Origin: Hemiscyllium ocellatum
Taxonomy: Eukaryota
DNA: 64,000 bases
Direction of reading: 5' to 3'
Assembly (NCBI RefSeq): GCF_020745735.1
Contig: NC_083430.1
Span: forward strand, 39,422,909 to 39,486,908
Part shown: positions 12,901-25,550 of the stretch, piece by piece
Layout of the letters: each line of letters opens with the position of its first letter
Numbering within the stretch: the stretch's first letter is position 1
Made by a program: the position numbers and the translations under genes
The notes under the pieces: generated by a model
Database searches by the model: none
Seen by the model: only the letters and a program-made list of their open reading frames with translations
Told to the model about the DNA's origin: nothing

Positions 12901-15900
12901 CTTTAAGAGACAGTGAATGCTGATTTACACTGAGAGCTTACAAGGGCCTGTCATATGACTAACTAGCAGTCTCAGTGTACGGGAAATTGAAAGTATGTAA
13001 CATTTGGCTGTGAAATAGATACTCAAGCTGGTTGGTTAAATTTGAATTGTCAAAACAGCAATCAGTTTAAATTATGCCCCAGGATACTAATAACCAATTG
13101 AGTTTGAATTTATTGTTTTTGCCAACATGGAACCAATGAGACAATCCAGTGTTGGGGGTATTAAAAAGCAAGCATTTTGGAAGTCAGACAGAATAACTAC
13201 CATTGACAGAGTAACTGCCATCGAAACACGATGAAAGGTACCTTTTCATGCAAAACACCTTTGCAGTAAAAGAAAGATGACAACCCAGGAAGATTTTCAG
13301 CCGAAAGAAGACAGACACTGGAGACGACAGCCACTTTATGGTTTTGAAATTAAGTTGATGTAATTTTAATAAGTGTTTATTGGAAAAGTATATTGTTATA
13401 GAGTTGGATGCAGGTAATAAGCAGTTAAGAGAAAAGGGGGCTTAGAGTTGTGAATAGGTGTTGTTTAATGTTCACTTTTAGAGTTACAGAATAAACTGAT
13501 ATTATTTTCTTTAAGTACTAGAATTTGGGAGTTCTATGTCACTCATACTTTAACAGATTACAAGACAAGGTGAGCTTTTCTGGGTGTTTGGCAGAGGGGT
13601 TCACTCCTGTGTCTTAACAATATAAATGATTTGAAGGGAATGATGATGGCAAAATTTCTAAATTTGCAGATGATACTAAGCCAGTGAGAATAGTGAACTG
13701 TGAGGTTGAAGCTGAGCAACTTCAGAGAGACATTGACAAGCTGGCCAAATTGGCAGACGAATTTCAATGCAGAGAAATGAGGTAATGCACTTGGGTAGAA
13801 GAAACACAGACAGACAACGCAGACTCAAAGGTATAATTTAAGGAGCAGAGAGACCTCAGGGGTTCAATTGCATAATTCCTAGAAGGTGGCCAGGGCAAGT
13901 TGAAACAGTTGATAAGGTGGCTTATGGGATCCTTGGGTTCATTAATAGAAGTATTGAATACAAAAGCAAGAAAGTGATGCTATACCTCTACAAATCACTG
14001 GTCAGACCACATTTGAAGTACTGAATGCATTCAGGGCAGCTTATTTAAAGGAAAGATATTAAAGCCTGGAGTGAGTGGAAAGGAAATTTCAACAGGAATG
14101 AGAGATTTAAGAGGCAAAGAAAGACTGGAGAAATTGAGCTTATTCTCCTTGGAGCAGAGAAAATCAAGAGGTGATCTCATTGAGGTTCAGCATGATGAAC
14201 CATTTTGACAAAGAAGGATATTCTGTTTCCAGTAATTGGTTTGTCAGTAATTAGGAATCAATCTCAAGACTGTCAGCAAGAGAAATTGTTAGGATTTGGA
14301 ACATGCTGCATGGGAGAGTGGTGGAGGCAGATTCCATATGAGATTTCAAAAGACAACCGGATACATATTTGAAAGTGATGAATTCAAAGGGCTATGGAGG
14401 TAGAACTGGAGAATGGATCTAACTGGATAGCTCTTTTGGGAGGTGCTACAGACATGATAAGGTCAAATGGTCTCCTTCTACACTGTAAATTCTCTAACTC
14501 TACAGAGGTTGTCTTGGATTTCAACTCCTCACAACTTTCAGAGTCTTTTAGATTCAGGTAAACGGTATTCAAATACTAGCAGTTGTAAACTTAGGTTTGT
14601 GTGTGAGCATTGAGTTCCTGTCACTTCATTTATTGAAGCCGAGCTTAATTTTTTCCTACAAATAATTTTCACAAGGTTTTAGTTGCCCTTCCTGTTGCAG
14701 GCAAACTCTCAAAAGGCAGAGGCGTTCAACGCTCCCAAATTTTGATTTCACACAAATTCCTTTCGATACATCACTGCCACTGGTCTAGAAAATAAAAAAA
14801 ATTATTTGATGTTTCAACAAAGAAAGGAAATTAACATTAAGAATGCAATGCTGATTTGGCTGAATACCTCTGCCAGTTTCTCAAAGCCTTGAGAATGACC
14901 CTGCTCTCTCTCCACTCGACATTTCTGTGCATAGCGTCGATTCCCATCCATGATGAACGCCACATGCTCAGGCATTGGACCAACCTGCATAAAAGGATTA
15001 CATGCTCTTAGAAATCCTTACTAAACAAAGACTAATTATTCAGACAGGAAATAAATCATTGGTTTCTGTCAACTAAACCAATCACTGAGCTCCAGAATAT
15101 TGAAACAACCAGCTAAGGTTTTTGTTTATATAAACTCTTCTGATTCTACTGACCCCAAGCTTAAGTAAAAGGACATGACCCACCATTCTATCAAAATATC
15201 ATTTAGGCATGTGTTATTGACAGACAGGGCTCCCCTACTCCCATTGTGTAATCAATACTGCTGGAGTTCATCAGCTAAAAATGCAGCTTATCTACCAGCG
15301 TAGGTACACTGCCCACTGCATTCGTATTCCACTCTCCATAGTATTGAACTGCAGGATCAAATGAAATTGAAAGGCAACAGAGCAGCAAATCTAGTACAGC
15401 CTGGTGAAGAAGGGTAAAAATGGAAAATATCACACACATCAGTGCACTATTGAGTGTGCAAATACAATATGTATCCTATAAAGTCAACTGGGAATATCTA
15501 TGTTTACACTGTGTGTGCACTGCAGAATTTGATTAAGTTTATAACCTGTATAAAACAACAATATCTCCTCACATCCTAAAAAAATAGTATCTGGAACCAA
15601 GAATGTAGACAAGCATTTGTTTCCTGTTAATGTGAAAGATAACATAAGGAGTATATTCTCTGTTACATACAGGGAGGCATGCTAAGCAAAGCTGGAAGCA
15701 GAAATCCAGAGCAAGTACACTATGTTTTAGGCAGTGTTTTTCAATAAGGGTTAGGCTGCTCAAAATCTAATCTAAGGTTCTGAATAAAATGAACACAACG
15801 TCTCATGGTCAGCTTGGTCAGTAACCATCAAGTTGAGCAGAAAGGACTAAAGCAGTGTGTGAATGAGTTGCAACTTAAAGTTTACTGACGAAAACTAAAA

Positions 15901-16045
15901 TGTCCTTTTCAACAGGTTTTCCCCATAATAATTCATTATTACCAAATTTACCTACCCTTAAAAGATAAATAAGTATATTTACCTTCAAAATGGATGCACA
16001 AAGCCTTTCTACAGGATTCAGCTCTGCCTCCTGGATCCAAGACAT
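925..16045 (-). CDS. DHDDS: Dehydrodolichyl diphosphate synthase (cis-prenyltransferase) subunit; complement(join(925..1170,1609..1716,6074..6188,6365..6466,6647..6763,10480..10622,14868..14984,15983..16045)), 336 aa
   Basis: Spliced translation [40 protein letters not shown].../[26 protein letters not shown].../[15 protein letters not shown].../[36 protein letters not shown]... matches vertebrate DHDDS. All introns are GT-AG. Exon sizes 63/117/143/117/102/115/108/246 keep frame to the TAG at 925-927. Confidence 0.97.
1323..1427 (+). mobile_element. Short Penelope-derived insertion carrying a mutated hammerhead core
   Basis: CAGATGA-AGGGC-TCAT-GCCC-GAAACGTC at 1327-1354; 8-bp TSD ACAGCCTG at 1315-1322 and 1428-1435. 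Confidence 0.8.
2699..4351 (-). mobile_element. Full-length ORF1-only L1-clade element (HAL1-like non-autonomous LINE)
   Basis: 13-bp TSD TGAATTTGTTTTT at 2686-2698 and 4352-4364. The 5' end GAAGGAGATCCAAGATGGCGGC carries a YY1-type motif. Intact ORF1, AATAAA at 2711-2716 and a short poly(A); no ORF2. Interrupts an older CR1. Confidence 0.88.
3343..4176 (-). CDS. L1-type ORF1p (coiled coil, RRM, C-terminal domain), 277 aa
   Basis: Heptad-rich coiled coil, then [17 protein letters not shown]...[24 protein letters not shown] and LRYPATL motifs typical of L1 ORF1. No stops or frameshifts. Confidence 0.88.
   Translation of the reverse strand: MSKSKGPRSSQKTKTPPPPSSPLAAADVKTGLIEMIARLESTLVNFIAESRQRWNAFEEKLQKQNQIMEELQGRVEGVELKATTSEAAAQTAAEQVRALEQRVRAFEIYIDDIDNRNRRKNIRLLGLQEQEGKEQLVAFLERWLPQILNLGAETDRVRVEWAYRVAVRGSGTNQRPRPVLFRLQSYRERQILLDASRKLGKDPKAMIHEGSKIMLFQDFSPALARRRKAFDEVKKCLRDLDIQYTLRYPATLCFTHEGSEYNFRSSEEAKKLLDSVK
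6900..7150 (+). mobile_element. Old tRNA-derived SINE, probably Deu-domain (DeuSINE) type
   Basis: A-box-like GCTCAGCTGG, then GGATGAGACATT...TGCCCTCTC...CAGATTACCTGGCCATTATCAC, resembling the Deu core as I recall it. Related fragments at ~1900-2040 and ~52885-53010. Confidence 0.5.
7240..7350. repeat. AT-rich low-complexity (AATTAAA)n-like tract
   Basis: Directly visible. Confidence 0.7.
7360..9680 (+). mobile_element. Degenerate CR1 LINE (EN and RT remnants)
   Basis: Decayed NVTPLFKK...NYRP and [12 protein letters not shown] coding remnants plus a CR1 3' end; antisense to DHDDS. Confidence 0.8.
10680..14500 (+). mobile_element. Degenerate near full-length CR1 LINE interrupted by a solo LTR
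   Basis: ORF 11332-11535 is APE endonuclease-like ([10 protein letters not shown]...VGDFNY); RT remnants (YINDL, KFADDTK) and a CR1 3' end near 14490. Confidence 0.8.
12872..13619. mobile_element. Solo LTR (748 bp; 4-bp TSD suggests Gypsy/Ty3 or ERV type)
   Basis: Starts TGTTA and ends TAACA; TSD ATAT at 12868-12871 and 13620-13623. Removing it restores the CR1 RT codons ..ATT CAT ATA AAT GAT TTG (I-H-I-N-D-L, i.e. the IYINDL motif). Internal AATAAA near 13490 on plus. Confidence 0.82.
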
Positions 16046-16819
16046 TGTCAAAAGTTGGATGCTTCAGAGCAGACACAGATCTGATAGTATTCTATAAATT
16101 GGGAGAGGAATTAATAATAAAGCACCGGAGAATCACATGTTCCACTAGTTTTTATCAATGCCTCCTGGGTTCTTGCAGTCAGTAACAAGGTCAAAGCAAA
16201 ACCCTGTTGTGTGAAAGAAACTCAGCAACTTTGTAGTTTTCCCTTTCGAGTTCTCCATTCATTCAACTGTACAACAGAATGAAATGAATTAAGCACCAAT
16301 ACATTTATATTAGAAAGAATGCTAGGTATTCTGATGACCACTTTTCATCAAGGCAGCTTTGAACAGGACCAGTTTTAGCAGAATATTAGGGATATGGGAC
16401 TTCATATATGCAGAGAGTTTGGAAAAACAGGGATAGTCTCCTTGGATCAGAGATAATTAAGGGGGCATTTAATAGAAGCATTCAAAATTACGAGATACTT
16501 TGGTGAGCACCGGGGAGTAACAGCTTTCTCTGGCAAGTAACTCTGCAACAAGAAATCAAAGATTGAAAAAAAAGTCAAAGACTAAGAAGAGAGAGATATC
16601 AGAAGATTTTCTTCACCCCACAGACAGTTATGAAGATCTGGAATGCACTATCCAAAAGGATATTGGAGGGAGATTTTATTACAACTTCCAAAAGGCAATG
16701 GGAATAACATTAGTAACACTTCATGAGCATTATTTTGCAAGATTATGGGGATAAGTTGGACAGTTCTTAAAATCAGGCAAAGCTATATTTTTTTCAACCT
16801 CCTTCAACTATGACTTTGG

Positions 16820-18875
16820 AGACAGTAAGGACTGCAGATGCTGGAAGCCACTCAACAGATGAGAAGTTGGAAAAGCACAGCAGGTCAGACAGCATCTGCA
16901 GAGCAGGAGCATTAATATTTCAGGCCGAAACCCTTCATCAGGACTGGCGAGCGGAGGCCTGAAGTAAATGGGGTGTCAGGGTCGTTGGGGAAGGATAGGT
17001 GGGATGGTGATAGGTGGATGCAGGTATGGAGTTATAGTGATTGTATAGTGATTGGTCAGTGGGAAGGGTGGAGTGGATAGGTGAGTAAGACGAGAGGACA
17101 GGTAAGGTCAGGTCAGGGAGGTGAGGAGGAGGGAGAGGGCTGGACGTGGGATAAATCTTGGGGTTAAGGGACTTTAAAGCCGGTGAAGTCAATATTGAGG
17201 CCATTGGGTTATAAGCTCCCCAGGAGAAATATCATGTGACATGCCTCCATCTTCCATTTGGCCTCACTGTGCCAGATGAGGGGCCAAGGATGGACATGTC
17301 ACTGGGGGAATTAAAATGGATGGCAACCAGAAGGTCAGGTTGATTTGTGCATTCAGATCGCAGATGCTCCATGAACTAGTCCCCAAGTCTGCATTTGATC
17401 TCCTTGACATAGAGAAGACCACATCGGGAGCAGTGAATACAATATATCAGGTTGGATAAGTGCAGGTAAATCTCTGCCAGATCTGGAAGGATTATTTGAG
17501 GCCTTGGACAGAGGGGAGATGTAGGGGCAGGTGTTGCACCTCTTGCAGTTGCAGGGAAAGGTACCAGTGTGTTGGAGACATTGACAGGAGTGTAGAGTTG
17601 ATGAGGGAGTTATGGAGTGAATGGTCCCTATGGAAAGCAGACAGGGGTGGGAAAGGAAATATCTTTTTGATGATGGGGTCTGGTTGTAGGTGCCAGAAAT
17701 GTCAAAGGATGATATGTTGAATTTGGAGGTTGGTGGGGTGGTACGTGAGGATTGAGGGGTCTCTACACCTATTGCTGTTGGGGGAAGGGGTTTTGAGCGC
17801 AGAATTACAGGAGACATGGTTGAGGGCATCCTAATTACCGAAGAGAAGAATCTACGGTCCCTAAAGGAGGAGGATATTTGGGTTTTGCTGGAGCAGAATG
17901 CCTCATTCTGGCAGCAGATGCAGTGGAGAGCATGGGATGGCATTTTTGTAGGAGGGTGGGTGAGAGGAGATGTAGTCAAGGTAGCTGTGAGAATTAGTGG
18001 GTTTGAAATGGATATCAGTAGTGAGTTGGTTTCCAGAAATGGAGACAGAGAGGTCCAGGAAAGCGATAGAGATGTCAGAAATGGTCCGGGTGAGTTGGAA
18101 ATGTTGGCAAAGTTGACGAACGGCTCAAGCTCCTCACAGGAGCATGAGGCAGCACTGACGCAGTCGTCAATAAAGCAGAGGAAGAAGGAGGAATGGTGCC
18201 AGTGTAGTTGTAGAAGAGGGACTGTTCCACAAATCCTACAAAGAGGCAGGCATGGCTCAGGTCCGTGTGGGTGTCCACAGCCACCCCTTTGGATTGTAGG
18301 AAGTGGGAGGACTCAAAGGAAAAATTGTTGAGGGTGAGGACCAGTTCTGTCAAGCAACTGAGTGTGTCAGTGGAGGAGGAATGGTTGAGCCTATGGAAGA
18401 GGAAGAAATGGAGGGCCTTTCAGCCCTACGTGTGGGTGATACAGGTGTAATGGGCCTGTAATAGGCTATAGTGAAGATGATGTGTTGGGGGCAGGGAACT
18501 GAAAGTTTTGGAAGAGGGCATGGGTTGTATCACAAATGTAGGTAGGGAGTTTTTGGACCAAAGGGGAAAGAACAGAGGCAAGGTAGGAGAAGATGAGCTT
18601 GGTGGAGCAGGAGCAGGCAGAAACAATGGGTCAACCAGGGCAGTTGAGTTTATGGATTTTGGTAGGAGATAGTTCCCCGACCCCGCATTGCCTGTTTCTA
18701 TCAGGTTGGAGGCTGTGGGCAGGAGATTTCCCAACGTGATGAAGTCGATGATGATTTGGGAGACGATAGCTTGGTGACCAGAGGCGGGGTCATAATTGAG
18801 GGGACGGTAGGAGGACGTGTCAGAGAGTTGGCATCTGACCTCAGTGATGTAGAGGTCAGTTCGCCATACTACGAA
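16820..18875 (-). mobile_element. Decayed Penelope-like element (RT and GIY-YIG remnants, 3' pLTR with hammerhead core)
   Basis: ORF fragments ELVLTLNNFSF...FLQSKGVA (PLE RT) and GTFPCNCKRCNTCPYI (Cys motif preceding GIY-YIG); CTGATGA...GAAA at 16941-16918. Confidence 0.85.
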
Positions 18876-19089
18876 GCAGGTGATTCAGCCCATCTTCACA
18901 CACATCTCCTTCCACCCATCTTTATTTTGCTGTTACCTTCTATTCCTTTCCTCCCTCGCATGATTATCTATCTTCCTTTTGGATACAACCATTCTATGCA
19001 TCTTAATAACTCCTTGGCAGCAAGTTTTCCTTTCTAGCCACGTCTTGGGTAAATAGGTTTCTCCTCAGCTTCTCAATGGATTTATTAAT

Positions 19090-19750
19090 TACTGTCTTAC
19101 ATGTACGGCTTCCAGTTTTAATTAAACAGTGATCCCTCTCCTGATCTTGAACATCTTCAGCACGTCCCGCGCTCTCTCCGATTCCTTTCTATTTCCTTTT
19201 GTCCTTTGACCCTCATCTGAACCCGCCCATTGGCTGCGCGGGACCAATCGGACGCAGGTCACCATCTAATTGGCAGCGGGCCCAACCAATGGGGAGTGGC
19301 AACGTCTCCGGCTCAGGGTCAAAGGGTAAATTCCGCGTTCAGTTGAGGCCGTCGCCCCGTTTATTCCTTGGTCTCCCATCCCCTTTCCGGTAAATGGTCA
19401 TGGTCTAAACCCCGCTGCTCTGATCTCCCGGGATCGGTTTCTTATTCACCGAGATACCGGCGGCCTGATGGACAGCGTCTCCGCGACCGCTTCACCACCT
19501 CCACGCTACCGCTGGTATCACTGCGAGGGTACCATTTAATGTTTTAAGTTAACAAGAAATCACGAATTGTAAACACCGATGATCAGAACACAGGAATCCT
19601 GTTGGTCATCGGTACTGGCTTGCTTAATGTTGGAAATGTTACCATTTAGCCGTGGACCTATTTTCTACCGGAGTACGTTTCAAAAAGCAGGACATGTCAC
19701 CGCCAGGGAATTAAAGGCGACGTTAATGTTTAAAGGGGAGGGTTATAGCG
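19090..19750 (-). promoter_or_regulatory. DHDDS: CpG-island promoter and non-coding first exon(s) of DHDDS
   Basis: Local CpG enrichment; GC box 19222-19228; four CCAAT/ATTGG boxes (19229, 19244, 19269, 19286); candidate minus-strand donors at ~19100 (GTAAG) and ~19449 (GTGAAT). Confidence 0.7.
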
Positions 19751-19944
19751 TGGTATAACACGGGAAGACTTTGACCTGCCCATTGTACTGATGTTATTCT
19801 AATTATTGCCATTTATTGGCCTCTGTTCTATATATAGTTCACGTAATGAAACTCCACCATGCAGCCTATTTTAATCAGTTTTGCTGGTATGTGGATGTGG
19901 TGATATGTCATCATAGATCCCACTGAGTAGGTGCCACTGTACAG

Positions 19945-20515
19945 GAACATAGAACATAACAGCACAGTACATTCCCTTTGGCCCTCGATGTTGTGTTAGT
20001 CTTTCATTCTACTCTAAGATCAGACTCATCTACATACCCTTCATTGTACTATCTTCCATGTGCCTATCCAAGAATCACTTAAATGTCCCTAATGTATCTG
20101 ACTCTACCACAACTGCAGTACAGTTGCACTACTCTACTACAATAGTGCATTCCACACACCCACTACTCTGTAAAGAATCGATCTCTGACATCTCCCCCTA
20201 AACCTTCTGCCATTACCTTTAAGTTACAGACCCTTGTGATACACATTTCCACCATGTGAAAAAGTCCCTGGCAATCCACTCTTTCTATGCCTTTCAACAT
20301 CTTAGAAACCTCTATCAAGTCACCTCTTATCTTTCGTCATTCTAGCCCCCTCAATCGTTCTTCATAAGACATGCCCTTCAGTCCAGGCAGCATCCTGGTA
20401 AATCTCCTCTGCACTCTCTCTAAAACTTACACATCTTCCCTATGATGAGGCGACCTGAAATGAACACAATATTCCAAGTGTGGTCTAACCAGGCCTCTAT
20501 AGAGTTGCAGCATAA
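19945..20515 (-). mobile_element. CR1 3' fragment
   Basis: LYRGLVRPHLEYCVHF coding remnant and (TTCTATG)-type tail. Further CR1 3' ends at ~20800-21030 and ~21120-21300. Confidence 0.8.
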
Positions 20516-21870
20516 AAGGGGCATAATAACATTTTCTGGTGTGCAGTTCAAAACTGAGGCCAAATAATAAATTATCACAATTTGTCCTCCTCAGACCCTT
20601 CTCATATGATTTTTGCACCTGATGCCAATATTATTTTCTTCAGTTAATTCCCAGAAACAAAATTCAGTTTTAAAAAAAACCTGATTAACACTTGGAAACA
20701 AATGTATTGGTCATACTGGAACTCCATCTTGAAGTATACAGGATGATTGGACCAGTAACCCCGATGATCCTCTGCTCTTTGAAAACATCTACATGTAGTC
20801 ATGTGGTCATAGAGATGTATAGACGTTTCAGTCTAACTCGTCCATGCCGACCAGATATCCTAAATTAATCCAGTCCCATTTTCCAGCACTTGGCCCATAT
20901 CCCTCTCAACCCTTCCTATTCATATACCCTCCCAGATGTCTTTTAAATGTTGTAATTGTCCCAGCCTCTACTACATCTTCTGGCAACTCATTCCACACAC
21001 CCTCTGCATGAAAAAGTTGCCCCTTATATGCCTTTTAAATCTTTCCTGATGACCAAAAATACAGATGTAGAAATATTTTCACTATGAGAGCAGAGCAGGA
21101 GTTGCAGATTCTGTGATTCATAAGTTCATAAAATATAGGAGCAGATTTAGGCCATTCAGCCCATTGAGTTTGCTCTGCCATTTGATCGTAACTGATATGC
21201 TCCTCACACCCATTTTCCTGCCTTCTCTCCATATCCCTTCAACCCACTACCAATTAGAACTCTGTCTAACTGCTCAAAATTACTCACTGTCCCAGCATGA
21301 GAGTATGATGGGATCCTCTCTACCTGATTGGTGAATGAGTTCTAATTATGCTTTAGCAGCCCAGTTGATTGAAACTCCATCCACCACCTTAAACATTCAC
21401 TCCTTTCACCATTAGTGCACATGACAGTAGTGTGCACAATTGATCAAGCACAGCTCAAAAGTGTTTGAACATAAAAATTATGAGTAGCAATAGGCTATCT
21501 GCATCCTCAGGCTTTTTCACCATTCAAGGTGATCATGAGATGATCTCAATACGTTTACCTCCATCACCTTTCACTTTCTTGCTTATAAAGAATCTATCTG
21601 CCTCTGCTTTAAAAATATTTAAAGACTCTGCACCACCAGCTTTTGAGGAAGAGAGTTCCAAACACTGATAAAACTAAGAAATTAATTCTCATCTCTGTAA
21701 TAAGATGGACAGTCTCTTTGCTTAAACAGTAAATCCTAGTTCTAGATTCTCGTCAAAAGACAACCTGTATATTTCATGTTTTAGATTAGTAAATCTTCTC
21801 TGAACTGTTTCCAACACATTTGTATCCTCCCTTCAATAAGGAGATCAATATTGTCTATAGTACTCCAGAT

Positions 21871-24800
21871 TGGCGTAGGGATAAGAAAATTAGGGAAGTA
21901 AACATGTGGCTAAGGGATTGGTGTGGGAAAGAGGGATTCCACTTCATGGGGAATTGGCATCAGTTTTGGAACCGAGGGGATCTGTACCGTTGGGACGGTA
22001 TCCACCTGAACCAATCAGGTACCAATGTTCTAGCAAAGAGGATAAATAAGCTGGTCAGTAGGACTTTAAACTTCTGAGTTGGGGGGAAGGGAAAGTGAAA
22101 GCGACAGAGAGTATGGAGTTAAATGGAAAGATAAGCAGCAGGATAGCATGTGTCCAGGCGGATTTAAACTTGAGGCAGACTGGGAATGCAGCAAAAAGAA
22201 AGGATAATTTAGGACATCTTATGACTTCCAATATCTCTAATGATAAGAAAGTTAGCATTGAGGCACTTTACCTGAATGCTCGTAGCATTTGTAACAAAGC
22301 AGATGAACTAATGGCACAGATCATCATGAATGATTATGATGTGGTAGGCATCACAGAGACGTGGTTACAGGGGGGTCAGGACTGGCAGTTAAACATCCAA
22401 GGATTTTCAACTTATCGAAAAGACAAGGAGGTGGGCAGAGGAGCTGGGGTTGCCTTGTTAGTTAAGAACAAAATTAAATCTATGGCACTGAATGACATAG
22501 CATCGGATGATGTGGAGTCTGTGTGGGTGGAATTGAGGAACCACAAAGGCAAAAAAACCATAATGGGAGTTACGTACAGACCTCCTAACAGTGGTCAGGA
22601 CCAGGGATGCAATATGTACCGGGAAATAGAGAAGGCATGTCAGAAAGGCAAGGTCACGGTGATCATGGGAGACTTCAATATGCAGGTGGACTGGATAAAT
22701 AATGTTGCCAGTGGATCCAAAGAAAGGGAATTCATGGAATGCTTATAGGATGGCTTTTTGGAACAGCTTGTCATGGAGCCCACAAGGAAGCAGGCTATTC
22801 TGGACCTAGTGCTATGTAATGAACCAGACTTTATAAAAAATCTTAAATTACAGGAACACTTAGGAAGCAGCGATCATAATATGGTCGAGTTCAGTCTGCA
22901 GTTTGAAAGAGAGAAGGCAAAATCGGATATAATGGTGTTATAGTTAAATAAAGGTAATTATGAGGGCATGAGAGAGGGACTGATGAAAATAGACTGGAAG
23001 CAGAGCCTAGCGGGGAAGACAGTACAGCAAAAATGGCAGGAGTTTGTGGGTGTAATTGAGGACACTGTACAGAGGTTCATCCCCAAGAAAAGAAAGATTA
23101 TCCGTGGAGGATTAGACAACCATGGCTGACAAAGGAAGTCAGGAAATGTATTAAAGAAAAAGAGAGATCCTATAAAGTGGCCAAGAGCAGTAGGAAATCA
23201 GAAGATTGGGAAGGCTACAAAAACAAACAGAGGATAACAGAGACAAATAAGGAAGGAGAGGATCAAATATGAAGGTAGGCTAGCCAGTAATATTAGAAAT
23301 GATAGTAAAAGTTTTTTTCAATACATAAGAAACAAACGACAGGCAAAAGTAGACATTGGGCCACTTCAAACTGATGCTGGAAGCCTAGTGCTGGGAGATA
23401 AGGAAGTAGCAGGAGAACTTAACAAGTACTTTGCGTTAGTCTTCACAGTGGAAGACAAGTAATATCCCAACAATTAAAGGGAATCAGGGGGCTGAGTTGA
23501 GTATGGTTGCCATTATAAAAGAAAAAGTGCTAGAATAGCTAAAAGGTCTTAAAATTGATAAATCTCCTGGCCCCGATGGGATACATCCTAGAGTTCTGAG
23601 GGAGGTGGCTGAGGAAATAGCGGAGGCATTGGTTGAGATCTTTCAAAAGTCACTGTAGTCAGGGAAAATCCCGGATGATTGGAAGATCGCTATTGTAACC
23701 CCCTTGTTCAAGACAAAAGATGGAAGATTATAGGCCAATTAGCCTAACCTCAGTTGTTGGTAAAATTCTAGAATCCATCATTAAGGATGAGGTTTCTAAA
23801 TTCTTGGAAGAGCAGAGTCGGATTAGAACAAGTCAACATGGATTTAGTAAGAGGAGGTCGTGCCTGACAAACCTGTTGGAATTCTTTGAAGAGGTGACAA
23901 GTAGGTTAGACCAGGGAAACCCAGTGGATGTGGTCTATCTAGACTTCCAAAAGACCTTTGATAAGGTGCCACATGGGAGGCTGCTGAGCAAGGTGAGGGC
24001 CCATGGTGTTCGAGGTGAGCTACTGGTATGGATTGAGGATTGGTTGTCTGACAAAAGGCAGAGAGTTGGGATAAAAGGTTCTTTTTCGGAATTGTAGCCG
24101 GTGACAAGCGGTGTCCCGCAGGGTTCAGTGTTGGGGCTGCAGTTGTTCACGTTATATATTAATGATCTGGATGAAGGGACTGGAGGCATTCTAGCGAAGT
24201 TTGCCGATGATACAAAGTTAGGTGGACAGGCAGGTAGTACTGAGGAAGTGGGGAGGCTGCAGAAGGATCCAGACAGTTTGGGAGAGTGGTCCAGGAAATG
24301 GCTGATGGAATTCAATGTGAGCAAATGCAAGGTCTTGCACTTTGGCAAAAAGAACACAAGCATGGACCAGTTTCTAAATGGTAAGAAAATTCGTAAAGCC
24401 AAAGTACAAAGGGATCTGGGAGTGCTAGTCAAGGATTCTCTAAAGGTAAACATGCAGGTTGAGTCCGTGATTAAGAAAGCGGATGCAATGTTGCCATTTA
24501 TCTCAAGAGGGTTGGAATATAAAAGCACCGTTGTGCTACTGAGACTTTATAAAGCTCTGGTTAGGCCCCATTTGGAATACTGTGTCCAGTTTTGGTCCCC
24601 ACATCTCAGGAAGGACATACTGGCACTGGAGCATGTCCAGCGGAGATTCACACGGATGACCCTTAGAATGGTAGGTCTAACATACGAGGAACGGCTGAGG
24701 ATCCTGGGATTGTATTCATTGGAGTTTAGAAGATTAAGGGGAGATCTATTAGAAACTTACAAGATAATACATGGCTTGGAAAGGGTGGACGCTAGGAAAT

Positions 24801-25124
24801 TGTTTCCTTTAGGCGAGGAGACTAGGACCCGTGGACACGGCCTTAGAATTAGAGGGGGTAAATTCAGAATAGAATTGTGGAGACATTTCTTCAGCCAGAG
24901 GGTGGTGGGCCTGTGGAATTCATTGCTGCAGAGTGCAGTGGAGGCTGGGACGCTAAATGTCTTCAAGGCAGAGATTGATAAATTCTTGATGTCACAAGTA
25001 ATTAAGGGTTACGGGGAGAATGCGGGTAAGTGGAGTTGAAATGCCCATCAGCCATGATTGAATGGTGGAGTGGACTCAATGGGCCGAATGGCCTTACTTC
25101 CACTCCTATGTCTTATGGTCTTAT
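21871..25124 (+). mobile_element. Young 5'-truncated CR1 LINE (end of esterase-type ORF1, ORF2 EN+RT with few lesions)
   Basis: ORFs 21820-22077 (DGIHLN esterase motif), 22095-22748 (APE), 23720-25039 (GVPQGSVLG, FADD); (TCTTATGG)n tail. Inserted into an older minus-strand CR1 whose text TACTCCAGAT|GTGGTTTCACC is split. Confidence 0.93.
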
Positions 25125-25420
25125 GTGGTTTCACCAATGCCCTAAATAACTGAAGCACAATCTCACTACTTTCAACTCAATTTCCCTCACAATAAACAAT
25201 AACATTCACTTAACGATTCTCTATAAATTTCCAGCCACTTCAAGTCTGCACACAATTTAATTTCCTATTTGTGTGCCATCAGTAAATATAACAACCATAC
25301 TTTCAGTAGTTTCATCCAAGTAATTTATATAAGTTGTAAAATGTTGAGGCCCCTGCACTGATCCCTGAGGCACACCATTCATTACATTTGCAAGCCAGAA
25401 AATGACATATTTATGTCTAT

Positions 25421-25550
25421 GGGTAAAAAGTGAGGTCTGCAGATGCTGGAGATCACAGTTGAAAATGTGTTGCTGGTTAAAGCACAGCAGGTTAGGCAGC
25501 ATCCAAGGAACAGGAAATTCGACGTTTCGGGCATAAGCCCTTCATCAGGA
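25421..25550 (-). mobile_element. Short Penelope-derived insertion with an intact minimal hammerhead ribozyme
   Basis: 8-bp TSD ATGTCTAT at 25413-25420 and 25551-25558; same family as 1323, 30921 and the 3' end of the 16820 element. Confidence 0.85.

Noticed and set aside
23935-24528. 197-aa minus-strand ORF and similar antisense ORFs in CR1 and Penelope copies
   Set aside because: Shadow frames of retroelement ORF2.
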